The translations under genes and the position numbers were made by a program. A stretch of DNA of 56,414 nt, the filler included, from Bipalium vagum (Eukaryota), in NCBI GenBank assembly GCA_037834085.1. It is 3 parts of 3 records of this genome, joined end to end, with 100 filler letters (N's around TTAATTAATTAA, not from the genome) between each part and the next. Parts side by side here need not be neighbours in the genome. Positions count along the whole stretch, not along the records: positions 21,384 to 39,450 come from JBBMKC010041941.1; positions 39,551 to 56,414 come from JBBMKC010089336.1; 1 more part is not named here. One strand, given 5' to 3'. The notes below the pieces were generated by a model. The model was not told where the DNA came from. It did not search any database and saw nothing but the letters and a program-made list of their open reading frames with translations. This document shows, one piece after another, positions 26,601 through 39,699 of this stretch (its first letter is position 1; each line of letters begins with the position of its first letter).

Positions 26601-28398
26601 TATTTGTATTAATAAATAAATGTTTTTATAATATTTGAAAACAACATTAATTATTACTGATAAATTTATTATTAAAAATATTATATTAAACATGAGAAAA
26701 TCAATTTTCATAGATTTTTCTCTATTATTTAATTATTAAATAAATAAATTCATTTATTTATAATTTAATTAATTTACAGTATTTAATATTATTTTATTTA
26801 ATTTATATTATTTAGATATAAAAATTATACCATGTTTTCTAAAATATAGATAATTATTTATATAAAATAAAACAAAATATATAAATAGATTTAAATTAAT
26901 TTTTGTTTAATTTAAACTGTTATTTGAAAGACTCTCATTTTGAATGAAAATAAAGTCAAATAAAAGGAAAAAAGAGCTTATGAATAAAACAGTTTAAAAT
27001 ATTTTGAAAAACTTTCATAAAAATAAGCCAATCAAGAAAAGGATTAAAGCAACTAATCATTAAAAATAGAAATATAATGAATTAATTAATAATAAAATTG
27101 TCTTAAATTACGATTTACCAGAAGAATTTTAATTTTAAAACATTTTGTGTTATATACTGTCAAGATCACTCTTATTATATTGTATGTATATCCTTGTATA
27201 TCTGATATTCTTTCACTGCCATTTTTTATGACAACAAATATTATATTGGCAAAATAATCATTTTAATAACTTTCGAACCATGTTGGACCATTTCAACATT
27301 TTTTGAACACCATTGAACTAATCTTTTTGAAACAGTTTTTGTTTTTTATCTTAATAATTTTTATTAATTTATTAATTTAGTAAATTTAATTAGTTAATTT
27401 TCCTTATCTTCCAATCGAAACTATCCTTAAAATTAATTTTATAAAATAGGATCTTTTACAAAAGTAGTGGTTACTTATAAAAAAATATTATGAAAAAGGT
27501 CCTTGTACAAAATAATATTAAAAAGACGAAAATTAAATCAAAGAGTAAGTTTAGTCTTTTACCAATTATTTATGTTCCCAAAGGCTTTATATTAATATGA
27601 ATATACAAAAGTCAGAAAATTATCCATTGAAACCGGAATTAAATATGATTATTTACCAATGAAATTTACTTCTTCAAATATAATCCCAAATATATAATTT
27701 AATCAACCCTGAAGGTAGATTAAATTTATATATAAAAATATATATATATAAACTTTATATTATATAATAAATGAATAAAAAGAAATGATGTTGTTGTCGT
27801 TTAATGTAAATGAATAAAAGTTCAGATGGTCTGAGGTGCTCGGTAATGAAAAAATTATTTATTTATTGTTTATCTATATAAATAAACGTTGAACTATTTA
27901 TCATGGCAATATAAAATGGTAAGATCGAATTTTATTGTTAATAATTATATATAATAGTGACTTACTGGTAATGAAATAACGGCTCAAATGGAAGGAAAAT
28001 ATTTACTTATAACTCATCTCTTGCAGATGAAATAAAATTAATAATTTTATTTGCTATTTTTTATCCTATCAAAATTTAAAGTTTAAAATACATGTTTTAT
28101 AAAAATTTTAAAATTATAAAATAAATTCCGTTTTTTATTTTCCTAAATTTATCAGAACGAGAAAAATAGAAAATAATTCTTTAATAAACATGTTTTTATA
28201 ATATCTATTTATATAATATAATATTATATTTTTATTACATTTTGTACAGAAATGATGACTAAAGTAATATAAAAAAATTTCATTTTATATTTTTTGTCCC
28301 AATTTTAAATAGATTTACTGAATCAACGCCATGTTATATATTAAATATTTATTATAACAGTTTTTTTAAAATTAAAACTTTTAGTGAAAAAATTCAAA

Positions 28399-29089
28399 AT
28401 GGATAAAAAACACTTAAGAGAGATTTATCTTTATGAATTCATAAAAGCCATGGGGCTGCAGAGGCCACCAAAAATTCAAGGGTGTATTTTGCCTGGAAAC
28501 AAATATTGAGCTAATTATAGTTCAAAATAATTATTGTACTGAGAGCGTACCATAGGTTGATAGTTTCAACGCTTTCGAGTTGGGACTTGCTCACTAAGAA
28601 GGCCGCGGACGGCAGGTTTCAGTGGACAATGATAAATGAATATGTTGATTATATCGGCAAAGCAGTTACAGAAATCTTAAATTGTCAAGAAATCGATGAG
28701 ATGAACTTAAAATGAAATGTAACGTATTCGATTGGCTTTGGTCAAATAAAATCTTTAATTCAAAATAATTCTTATCCAAATGGTGCATAATTGACGTTAC
28801 AAAAATTACAAAATCGGGCTACGAAATTTGCTTCATCCTCCATACCTTTCTGGTTCGTTGTCTTTCAAGTCTTCAAAAACCAAGATATTTTTGAAAAAAT
28901 ATTCCATAAATTAATCGAATTTATAACACCGGAATTCTTAACGATTTGGACAAATAAGCCCTTTTCCCGTTGTCAGGCATGTGTAAATTCTAGCGGTTGT
29001 AGCTTTGACTAATAGAATTTATTCAGACTTGACCTATTTACGTTTAAAGTTGAATATTAAAATCGGACATTATTTTCCGACCAACCTAA
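28399..29089 (+). mobile_element. Decayed, internally deleted mariner element
   Basis: MDKKHLREIYLYEF N-terminus; C-terminal ..RCQACVNSSGCSFD*; right TIR ..TTTCCGACCAACCTAA+TA. Confidence 0.75.
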
Positions 29090-29589
29090 TATAATATTAT
29101 TATAATGATAATCATTTGAAAAATGAAAATAATTTAAAATATTTTGAACAAAAAAATTAAAAATCGCAATTAATGAATCATTTAAACAAAAATTTTTAAA
29201 TTACATTTTGTTTAGAGTATTTTTATTTTATTTTATTATTATAATATTAAATTGGATATTTGCATAAACCGATTATGATTCGGACAAGTTTTAACCGAGA
29301 TAAATTATAGCTTATCTTATAAAATATATAACAAGACATGGAAGCCTACATAAATATCGATTGAAAAGGGAGAAAAAAGAAACACTTCGACAATTACATT
29401 TAAACTGTAAATTAATTTGTTGATAACAGGCAGGGGCTTAATTATCTTTGGTGAAAAATTCCTCTTTTCATTTAGTTTCAACATCATTTTCAGAAACGAT
29501 ATTAATTTTAATTTTTTGTCATTTAGTAAGGCTGTTTTTTAACCTGTCTTTTTTCTGATTTATTTGATTTTAATATATAAAATTTTTTT

Positions 29590-29780
29590 TTTAATATAAA
29601 TAATATTTTAAATATTTATAATATAAATAATATTTTTAATTTTTAAAATATTTAAAATATGAATAATATTTTAAATATTTTGAATATGAATAATATTTTC
29701 AATATAAATAATAATTTTAATTATAAAAATATTTTTAACATAAATAATATTTTCAATATAAATAATATTTTTTTATAAAT
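29590..29780. repeat. Degenerate AT-rich tandem repeat (AATATAAATAATATTTT core)
   Basis: Repeated AATAT(A/G)AATAATATTTT units. Confidence 0.65.
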
Positions 29781-30329
29781 AACGGACAAAAAATCTATAA
29801 TAAATTGAAATATTTCATCGTAAATTATTTGGAAAAAATACATTACTACGGTTTTTTATTTCAACAAAATATATTTATATAGTCTGATAAAAAAATGTTT
29901 TCCAATAATATTATTAAAATTAATACAAAAAATTGTGTCACAGACATTTTTATTGTGAAACAAAAACATAAATTTTATATACAAAAAAAATCTATATATC
30001 AAAATTTATTTTTACTTTTTCTGAAAATTTATAGATTTTTTTTATTGAAAAAATGTTAAAATATATAGTATTATTAATTAAAATGATAAATTGTTATTGA
30101 TTTTATTTACTTTCATTTTTAAAATATTATTTATTGAAAAAAAATCAGCGTTTACCACGAATATGTTTTGTTTTTATTTATTTTTATTTTGGTTTTATTG
30201 TTTTTATCTATTTATTTGTTGTCTTTATTTTTTATTTTCTTTAGAAAACATTTATCAGCGTTCATCTTCCTTCTCACTAATTAACAGAGAACATATTATG
30301 GTAATTATTTCAATAAACAATTAGCTTCT

Positions 30330-30620
30330 GAAAAGACAAGAAAACCACCCGTTCTTTAAAAGTTTGGTTACTAGAGATAAATAATGAGTGCAATATGAAA
30401 ATGTTCGATTATAGTTACAGAATAGTCAGATATCAAAATTGTCTTAAAATGCAAGAGCTCAAGAAGATCATACTTTCAGTTTAATTTTAAATGTATCATT
30501 TATTACGAGTTGTTACTACCCAAACAAACGATTAGTTTCGGTGTGTACTCGTCGCAATTAATCAGATTAAAAAATGAAATGCGCAAAAATCGTTCAAAAT
30601 AATCAAATAGCGAAGAAATT
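30330..30620 (+). mobile_element. Decayed mariner catalytic-domain fragment
   Basis: Reads ..KCIIYYELLLPKQTISFGVYSSQLIRLKNEMRKNR. Confidence 0.7.
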
Positions 30621-30902
30621 GCTTGCGAACATTAAAAAACCCTGTTTTATCGTGTTATCTGTTAAGCTACGAGCTTAGTACTGTGCTTTCAGACTAAAAT
30701 ATTTTGTGATTTTTACTAAGCTATTACTTTAACTAATGATTGCTTTGTTTTAAAAAATAAGTAATTGCATCGAAAATTTAATTTTATAATATTAGGAAAT
30801 AAGAAAATAGATATACATTGAAATTTAAGTTAGATGTAATTCAAAATGCCCAATCAACATGAAATGCAAAAGCTAGCGATCATTTCAAAGTACATACATA
30901 TA

Positions 30903-31181
30903 TAGGTTTTAAAGTTTAATTTCGTATTTTTTAAGTTTAATTTCGTAATTTTTAAGTTTAATTTCGTAATTTTTAAGTTTAATTTCGTAATTTTATGTGC
31001 AACATGTAGTTCACAATTGTATTAAATGCTTAGCAGGGGAAGATATTGTTAGTAATAATTGAAATAAAGTTTTTTGGTGTTTGGTTATTTAATTTATATA
31101 ATTATTTTTTAAAATTACGAAATTAAACTTAAAAAATACGAAATTAAACTTAAAAATTACGAAATTAAACTTTAAAACCTA
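30903..31181. mobile_element. Foldback-like MITE (279 bp) with long TIRs built of 21-bp subrepeats
   Basis: TA|TAGGTTTTAAAG...CTTTAAAACCTA|TA. Left arm has 4 copies and right arm 3 inverted copies of AAGTTTAATTTCGTAATTTTT. Confidence 0.85.
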
Positions 31182-31199
31182 TAAGTCTTGTCAAACGGT

Positions 31200-31880
31200 G
31201 GAAAAATCTAAATAATTTAATAGAAGCCAATCAAAAAAAATTCGAAAGTTGCAAAACGAGTTCTCGAATTCATATGGCCAATTTTAGAAAGGCTATATTA
31301 AGTTATGGGTACTTAATCAAAGAAAAGAATGACATTAAGAGTCATGAACGAGTATATTGCAAAAATATCGGACGTATGCAATAAGAACGAAAATGAATGA
31401 TTTCAAAATTTATGATAAGAAATAATTTAACAAGACAAGGGATGCTCTGCTTACGTTATAATTCGACGTAAGACAGCTCCAGCAGGTTGTTTTCCTTCAA
31501 ATATAATTGTCTCCGCAACTGAAAAATTATGTATGACTGCAACCGAAACTATTTTGTGGCACCAGAAAGTTTGGATTGAACGTAATTATACGTTTTCAAT
31601 AAAGAAATTATTCCTAATGATGAATTCTGCATCTGGTCATCGTACAGATGAGATAAAATCAAATTTCAAGACTTTTGGAACTTTTATTGCAATTATATCC
31701 GATGGAAGTTGCAAGTGTTAGATATGTGTTAACAAATCATTTAAAAGTAAAATGATAAATTGTTATAAAGTGAACAAAAATGGTAACTTAAAACGAGTTT
31801 CCTACAGAAAATATGCCAATGGATATCACAATAGTGGAATAATGTCTCATGGTCTGCAATAAAAATGGGTTTAATGAAAC
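31200..31880 (+). mobile_element. Decayed pogo-like (CENP-B HTH + DDE_1) transposase fragment
   Basis: KLFLMMNSASGHRTDEIK..IAIISDG..LQVLD.CVNKSFKSKM (cf. LLVxDxxxGH..IPGGxT..LQxLDxxVNKxFK). Confidence 0.7.
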
Positions 31881-32379
31881 TTCAATTAACTTTTATGATA
31901 CACCTGAAGTTTTTATTTATCATGAATTTAATGATTCTGCTGAAGAATTCGATAAAACATCGATGATGAAATTAAAGATATTACAGAAAAAATAGTTTAC
32001 ATCTACTTGTATAAAGAAAATTTTGGTATTGAAGATGAGGATTATTTTTGATAAATAAAAAATGAAAATCTCTAAAATCGAATATATTGTGTAATATTTG
32101 CACATTATTATTGATGTTTTATCATTATAAGCTACCAACTTTTAATGGAGGCTTAACCAGGTTGAAAACTTTTATGATTTTTATTAAGGTACTACTTTTT
32201 AATAAGCTATAACTCCTTAATAAGATCTTTTTTCAGGAAATTAAATTTTCTATTCTAGTAATCTAACAGCTGCTGCATATTTATTTATTGTTTTTTAATG
32301 TGAATATCTATTTCGTCTAAAGCAACATCTTTTTTCAAAAATTTAATAATAAAATTATAAAATGATCTCTATTCTCACA

Positions 32380-32830
32380 ACTATTTGTTTTTAGTGGTTT
32401 ACGAAATTTTTGTTGAACATATTTTTACTGAAATCGTATCTATCTGATTTGTCATCTTGTGATTTCTTTTAGTTCTCAACTATCAAAAGGAAATTACGTG
32501 ATAAGTACTTTTCATTGACTGAAGCAGCTATTGCAAATTCAAAGTATTGGTATGCAAAATGTCAATTTCGAAATGTCAATAATATTTCGAAAATTGATTT
32601 GGTCACATGCTAAAGTGTGAATGTATCTTTTTTTGGCTTATATTTTTCAAGGAATAGATTCCATAAATGTTCAGAACAGCGTACACATTGTGTGGATGGA
32701 AGACTTTTGATTCGTACAGAAATATGAATGATACTAAAATGAAACTTTTTATTTACAATAAATAAACAATGTAGGTAATCAAATAGAATCATTTCTCTAT
32801 ATATCTTTTCTTCCATTGATTTAATACTGA
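32380..32830 (-). mobile_element. Possible Merlin (IS1016/IS1595-like) transposase N-terminal remnant
   Basis: CVRC..KKD.F zinc-ribbon-like stretch and a degenerate QID motif; heavily decayed. Confidence 0.35.
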
Positions 32831-32839
32831 AAATAAATT

Positions 32840-33200
32840 TCCGAAAAAATTATTTTCATTGAAAAGGGGTATAATTTTTCTTATGAAATGCTCATTGACC
32901 TCTTTTTTCTGTCCAAGTGATCAAACTAGAAAGCAGTAGAAGCTCAATCAGGAATTTTTGGTGGAAATGAAATTAGAATACTGTCTTTTCAGCGATTGCA
33001 TCCATAGTTTGTTGAGATGTGTAAGCTGGAGCGTTGTCATGCAAAAAAAGCTGTTATAGCTCTGGATTATTAACTTTCGTCGTAACCATCTCACAGCACT
33101 AAAAAGTGCACATTAGTAGATCAAGTCAATGATTTCCAGAGTAAAATAGGTCTTAATCATATATAATGCATCCAAAACAAGCTAAGCATGCAACATATTT
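32840..33200 (-). mobile_element. Decayed mariner fragment
   Basis: The minus strand reads LFLHDNAPAYTSQ. Confidence 0.65.
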
Positions 33201-33946
33201 GAAGATATATTTTAAGAAAAAATTTAATTTTAATTAAAATTATTAAAAAAATCCTACATCATTGGAATTCATTTTGAAATTTTAATAATAAAAAAATTGA
33301 ACGATTTCCTTTCTTTTCACCATCACATAGCTAAACAAAATTATATTGACCAATACTTCCTAAAAGAGCCATTTTCATGTCAACTATAACTCAGAGAACT
33401 TCAGGATACAATCAACTTTCATCAGTGCTAAATAGACAGTTAGAGCTAAATGTGACGCCAACTATTTACAATGCCACAAATAAATTATGCAGATACACAA
33501 ATTATTTTCTATGTCAGTCTGAATTGACAGAATTAAGGGACAGTATAAATATGAATACAGTGGTACATACATGGAAACAAACAGTATAATTATTGACAGT
33601 AGAAAAAAAATGCAACATCAGAGGCAGAAGCAGAAGACAACAAGCCAGACTCAACTATCTTAGCTAACAATGTCAAACAAAACATCTCAACGAATACACT
33701 TAACTTATAGGGGTAAAGACCATTTTTGTTGAATAACACAAAAATTCACATTAGCCGATATCTGAAGATTTTTTTATTAAAAAAAACAATTTATGATGAA
33801 ATGGACTTCATCACTGAACCAAATTTTACTCGAAAAAATGCATCTTCTATCTGTTTTTTGAACAACTAATTACAGAAGGTAACACGTTGTAAGTGATTTA
33901 TTTCTTTTAATAACTGTATTAATTTAATTTTGTATGGATATAAATA

Positions 33947-34026
33947 TCAGGTTGTGTAGTATGAAATTTGTAGGTAACGTATGAATGTAGGTAATCATTT
34001 TACAAATTTCATACTACACAACCTGA
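33947..34026. mobile_element. 80-bp mariner-derived MITE with perfect 26-bp TIRs
   Basis: TA|TCAGGTTGTGTAGTATGAAATTTGTA-28 nt-TACAAATTTCATACTACACAACCTGA|TA; same TIR family as 26263-26498. Confidence 0.92.
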
Positions 34027-34039
34027 TAAAAATCATTTC

Positions 34040-34400
34040 TCTAAATTCTCCATATAGAGCCATATGATATTCCAAGTTCAACAGAGCAGCGTGCAACTGA
34101 TATTGCCAGAAAATTCTTTAGCTTATGTTTACGAGAGAAATATTTTCTGTTGATGTACCACCTTCGCCATCTATTTTGGTTTATCAATCGCACAACCTAT
34201 TTCCTCTAATTTATTTATTAGTCTACGGATTTTAGATAAATTTAAACGACGATGCACACCGATTTTATCACGAATTTTTATATAAATCTAAATATATTTC
34301 TTTTTTTTTGCACATCAGAGGAAACTCGAAAATCGTACTGGGTGTCCTAATGATCATTTAAGACGATTTTTAGCATTAAAAGAACTCTAAAACGGCATTC
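34040..34400 (-). mobile_element. DUF4817/maT-like transposase fragment
   Basis: The minus strand reads ..DKPK..ENIS..SVARCSVELGISYGSIWRI (second HTH). Confidence 0.55.
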
Positions 34401-35312
34401 TGATCATCAGCACATTATAATTTTAACAAATTAATATAATTCATCATAATAAAAATATAAATAATAAATACAAATATGAAAAAATGAAAAATAATATGAT
34501 AATAAAAATGAAAGATTTACCTCATAAAAATGTTACTTTACACTATTAACACAGTTGAAGCGCTCTAATTGTAATTGTGATATTTATTATTTATGTTACA
34601 ATTGATTGACTGTTAATAAGAGGAATCCCCACTCCGTGTAGAGATCTCAATTTAGATTTGCCCAAATAAACCTCAATTACTGATCGATATTCATCGAAAG
34701 TTGACTGTGGTAAATATTGCATTTCTGCCCAATTTGAAGCTCAACTGAAATTCATTAGGGAAAAGGAGAAGTTTATTTTATTTGTAGGAATTAGTCGATC
34801 CTCTCTGTGATTATCTCAACTATTATATTTATTAAATACTCAGTTATGTTTATTGATTTTATTTCATTTATGCAACTGCTTTGATATATTTATCAAAGGA
34901 AAACATAATGACAAATAATTGAATGACTATACAAACTTAGTTCGTTTTTTTTAAGTAGTCAGATTTCTGAATAATTTTAAACAAATTATAATTTTTTGTT
35001 TAAATGAATGTTTTAAAACGATTTATTTTTCACAATGAATTTTCTCGATATTATATATTTTTTTGAAAATAGTTTCGCTGATAGAGGATAATATAATTTA
35101 TATCGACTAATTAACATCAAAAGATTTGAAGTCTTCAAATTTTATTATTTTTTTTTCTATTGCAAAATGAATTTGAAAACAAATTTAATAATCAATTATT
35201 TGATTTCCAAATTTTTTGTTTTTAAAAAAATTATTGATTTAATAGCAATTTCTTTATTATTATTTTTAAGATTAGTATAATATTTAAAATGAAACATCTA
35301 AGTTTACAATAT

Positions 35313-35509
35313 NNNNNNNNNNNNNNNNNNNNNNNNNNNNNNNNNNNNNNNNNNNNNNNNNNNNNNNNNNNNNNNNNNNNNNNNNNNNNNNNNNNNNNNN
35401 NNNNNNNNNNNNNNNNNNNNNNNNNNNNNNNNNNNNNNNNNNNNNNNNNNNNNNNNNNNNNNNNNNNNNNNNNNNNNNNNNNNNNNNNNNNNNNNNNNNN
35501 NNNNNNNNN
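35313..35509. other. Assembly gap (N run)
   Basis: About 197 N. Confidence 0.99.
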
Positions 35510-35899
35510 AATAATATTAGTAGTAAGAAAATAAGTATAATAAAAATTATAATAATAATAAAATAAAAATAAAAAATAATAATAATAATAATAAAGTAAT
35601 AATAATAATAGATAAATAAGAAAACCTATAATTTTTAAAATCAAAGTATATTTTGTAAATTATATCCTTTTTTAAATGACTCAAATGATGGAGCATGTTA
35701 AACATCCTCTTTAATGAGGAGAAATGTCTCCAACTTTATAAGTCCAAAAAATTTTAATATTTGACGGTTGTTTTAAGAAAATATATCTACAAATTAAGCA
35801 AGGCAGATAGAGATATAGAAAAACAATTTATAGAATTGCAGTTTCTATCAAAATGTTTTTATTTATTGAAAGGCACTTATATTTTATCCTCTAAAATGT

Positions 35900-36430
35900 T
35901 ATATACCATTTTTTATTAAAATATATCGGATTTAACAATTTAATTACGGGTTCTACTTCTATAACTATTAATAATTAAATCGATTTTGGAAGATTAAACA
36001 ACACTCTTTGTTACGGATGATTCAATTGTAAGTACTGAAGAAATCATTGTCGAAATCGATGAAATCAGATTTTCTGAAATGAACTATAACCATGGACACT
36101 GAATATATAGAGCTTAGGTTATTGGAGATGTTCAGAACACAAATGATAGAAGTTTATTCGTTGAAATAAGCTAATTTGAACTTTTAAAAATATTATGAAC
36201 AAGCACCTCAAACCCGGATAAATAACCTTTATCAGTATCATTTAAAGATTTAAGCATGAAATGGTCAATCATGCTTAAATTGAAAACCCCAATTCTACTG
36301 AAGAAGCATGTAATGGACTAAAATTACAAATAAAATCACTGAATTGAAAAAAATATCGAAAATCCTTTATTGGAATCTATTTGATGAGGAATTAATCGAA
36401 ACAATCTCATTTAAAGAGATTAATATGATC
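35900..36430 (+). mobile_element. Decayed Merlin/IS1595-like DDE transposase
   Basis: EIIVEIDEIRFSEMNYNHGH*IYRA*VIGDVQ matches the Merlin motif VEIDESKFGKRKYNRG..WVxGGVE. Confidence 0.75.
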
Positions 36431-38019
36431 AAAAACCTTTTTTTAAAAATTAAGCTACTAGTAAAAGTAAAAATTAACATTAACATAACAAACAAAAAAT
36501 ATGAAGAGCTGTATGACATTTAAAAATTAAATATTTTATTTGTGAAATTAATATATTAAAACAAACCAATAATATACGCCATTTAATTGAATTTACAACC
36601 ATTTATATTGTTATTTAATTAATTTTTAAAAAGTTAATTGAAGTATTATATTTATCAAACTTTAATTACTTCTTCACCATGTCGGATGGAAAAACATCAG
36701 CAAAAAACCGATAAGTCGTTAATTATCTTCTATGTTATTATTAAGTCAAAACAATTCTTTCTATCAACTTCTTGTCAATTTTACTATCCATCTCATCGCG
36801 CTCGACTTTTTTTTCATTATGTATGTGTTTACTTTTTTTTTCTTTATTTTATTTTCTTTATTTCAACTCAAAATTTTGACGTAGTTTTTTCCTTTTTTAG
36901 AAATTAACTAGTGTTTTTTCATTTTCCAATCTTTTGATAAGTAAGATCTGGTTGGATATGGTCATATTTCTAGATTTCGTACTTTTGGGAAATACTTTCT
37001 AAAAATCAAAGTTGAAGGATTTATTTATTTTTAGGTTCCTTCGTTTAGGTGAAAAATTTTGGCAGGATATGATTGGACGTGGTCGTATAAGTGGTGGTCA
37101 CCTTTATATTAACTCCTCTTTTTCGTTTCTTTTAGCAGAGAAGGGAAGAAGAGATGGTGAAGTTGAAGTAAATCAGTAAAATAAATCAGTAAAAATAAGT
37201 TTTAAAGCTTTAGTGTTGTCGGCTTGGTGATTCTTCACCCTCGGTTGATGCATGTCAAGTAATATAGATAATAATGTTACAAATATAAATATCAATATAA
37301 TTCTGATCTATTAATCAAGGAAAATTAACTTTTATTAATATAACAAAGCAATGAAATAGTTGTCACTCTTCTGTATTCTGAACCTGAGCTCCTTGCAAAC
37401 TTTAATGTTGGTTTCCCTTATTATTAAACTGCACAAACTTCTTGGAGTTCCTCAGACGCATTTTAACATCTGTTTGAAATACAGTGCTGATTTTTTCGAT
37501 TGTCCCACTCATGTTTAACGCTTTCTATAATAGAATCAATATTTATAATTTAAAACACTGCAACGTGAATTCATTTACCTTTTATGTTATGAAAATATTG
37601 TGAAGCTTGTGTATGAGAGTAAAAATAATTATATGAATTGGAAGCTGAGAGATTTTTTCTTGGAACTGGTTTTTTAAAATAGACTTCTTATTCAGGCGTG
37701 ATTTTCATAATCAACAATCTTCTGAACTATGAAAATTTGTCAATAGACTGATTGCTGGCAATAGCTAGTGAGCAAAGAAATCATCTTTTTCAAAATCCAA
37801 GTCTGAGTGCATCTATATACAAAACTATTTTTCGAATCTTGTAGCAGCCAAAACAATCGGTAATCTGTGAAACTAAACTCCAGTTAGTACGAAAACTAAG
37901 TGTAAATTAAAACAACAAAAGTCAATCATTTATTTTAATGCTGTACATATATAATATTTATATAATATATTATTTTATATATCTATATGTACACATTATA
38001 TTAATTAAATTATATATAT

Positions 38020-38440
38020 GGGGTCTTCCAAAAGAGGCTTTACTACTTTTAACATATTAAATACAAAGTAGTTTTTGTTTAAATTAAAATTAAATTAAGA
38101 TTAAATTAATATTTAACATTATTCTAGCTAAACATTTGAAAATTAAATATGGATCGTTATAACGGGCAGAAATTGTAAAATTTTTTATCAAAGCGGTAGT
38201 TCAATTTCAGTAACTGTTAAAAAATTAAATGCAAAATTTGGGAAAAACAACTGTCCATCAAAACCAACAATTTACTGTCTGGTTAATGCTTTTGAAGCAT
38301 TTGGCTCGGTAGCAGATAGACCAAAATCTGGACAACGTCGATCTGCGCATATACCTGAAAATATTGCAAGTACACGAGAAAGCATTGAAGACAATAAATG
38401 CACCTCAATCAGTCATGGAGCACAGGAATTATTATTAAGA
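38020..38440 (+). mobile_element. 5' part of a DUF4817/maT-like transposon
   Basis: MDRY..RAEIVKF..SISVTVKKLNAKFGKNNCPSKPTIYCLVNAFEAFGSVADRPKSG..R..ENIA..RESI...TSI....QEL. Confidence 0.8.
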
Positions 38441-39378
38441 ATGGTTTTAGAAAATCCAATTCATCGTATTAATATATTCTCTTTATTTTATAAATTTTGA
38501 ATTATTTAATGATTATGACCCAAACATTGTTACATTTATAAAAGAATTAACATTTATTTTATTTTGAAACCTTCGTAAATATTGTGCCTATAAATATATA
38601 ATGCTGTACCATATAAACAATAACCGGGAAATCAATTCTTAGGGAACGTTGAACAGTTTAAGATCAGTAATTTATTATTAATTAAACATATGTACTTTAT
38701 ATTGTTAACCAGGTTTTTGTTTTAATGGTCATATATTATTATTTCTTAATTAGAATAATAGGTATTAATAATTATTTGTAATTATTTATTATTAATTGTT
38801 TATTAAAATCTTTTGTATTGCCTATGGAATAAGCTCTATCAATTGTTACATAATACTTTGCAAAACCTTCCTTCGCTTCTTTTTTAATTCTTCATGAAGT
38901 CCTTCATCATCATTGTATGATTACTTTAGAAAAATACGACCATCATTTACACAATTATATAATCCATCAGCAACGAAGACAAATAGTGTCACCATGGGAT
39001 ATCATTTAATTAAAAATATTAGCTAAACACAGTCTCACTTTTTGAATTCAGTTCAAAAATGGTAGAAATTATTTTTACTGAAAACAAAACATTAAATGCC
39101 CTAAGGAAATGATCATTTTAAAGAAAATCATTAGTGAGAGTAAGATGGCGAATAATTTAATTTATAAACGATACAAAGTAAATAATATTATTTGATCAAT
39201 ATATACATTTAATATTTTGAATAATAAAATAAACGTGAAAGTAAAAAATTAAATTAAAAATATCCTTATCCTTAAAAATAAAAATGTTTTTATTCATCAT
39301 ATTATAAGGTTCGTGTTATTTTAAAAAATATTTCAAGATTTCAAGATTTCTCAGTAAAGAAGTTTAAATAAAATCTCC

Positions 39379-39450
<72 letters not shown>
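39379..39450. repeat. (ATT)n microsatellite at contig end
   Basis: Perfect triplet run up to the N spacer. Confidence 0.95.
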
Positions 39451-39550
39451 NNNNNNNNNNNNNNNNNNNNNNNNNNNNNNNNNNNNNNNNNNNNTTAATT
39501 AATTAANNNNNNNNNNNNNNNNNNNNNNNNNNNNNNNNNNNNNNNNNNNN
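39451..39550. other. Artificial contig-join spacer (44 N + TTAATTAATTAA + 44 N)
   Basis: Same 100-nt structure as 21284-21383. Confidence 0.95.
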
Positions 39551-39699
39551 AATAATAATATATTTCATTAAATCTGATTAACCAAACAAACTTTTCAAAC
39601 TTGGACCTCACCTTTAATTAAAATTAAGTTATTTACTTTATAAAAATTAACCAACATTTATTTAAAATATTAAATATATTATATAATTATTTTATATAT

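Noticed and set aside
30903-31181. CRISPR-like array
   Set aside because: The repeats are contiguous without unique spacers and form inverted arms; the context is eukaryotic with no cas genes.
33377-33720. 3' end of an RTE-like LINE (..IRGRSRRQQAR..)
   Set aside because: Only a weak basic motif; insufficient evidence.
37100-39120. Possible minus-strand multi-exon pseudogene
   Set aside because: Exon-like blocks exist, but all frames have stops and no family is recognisable.
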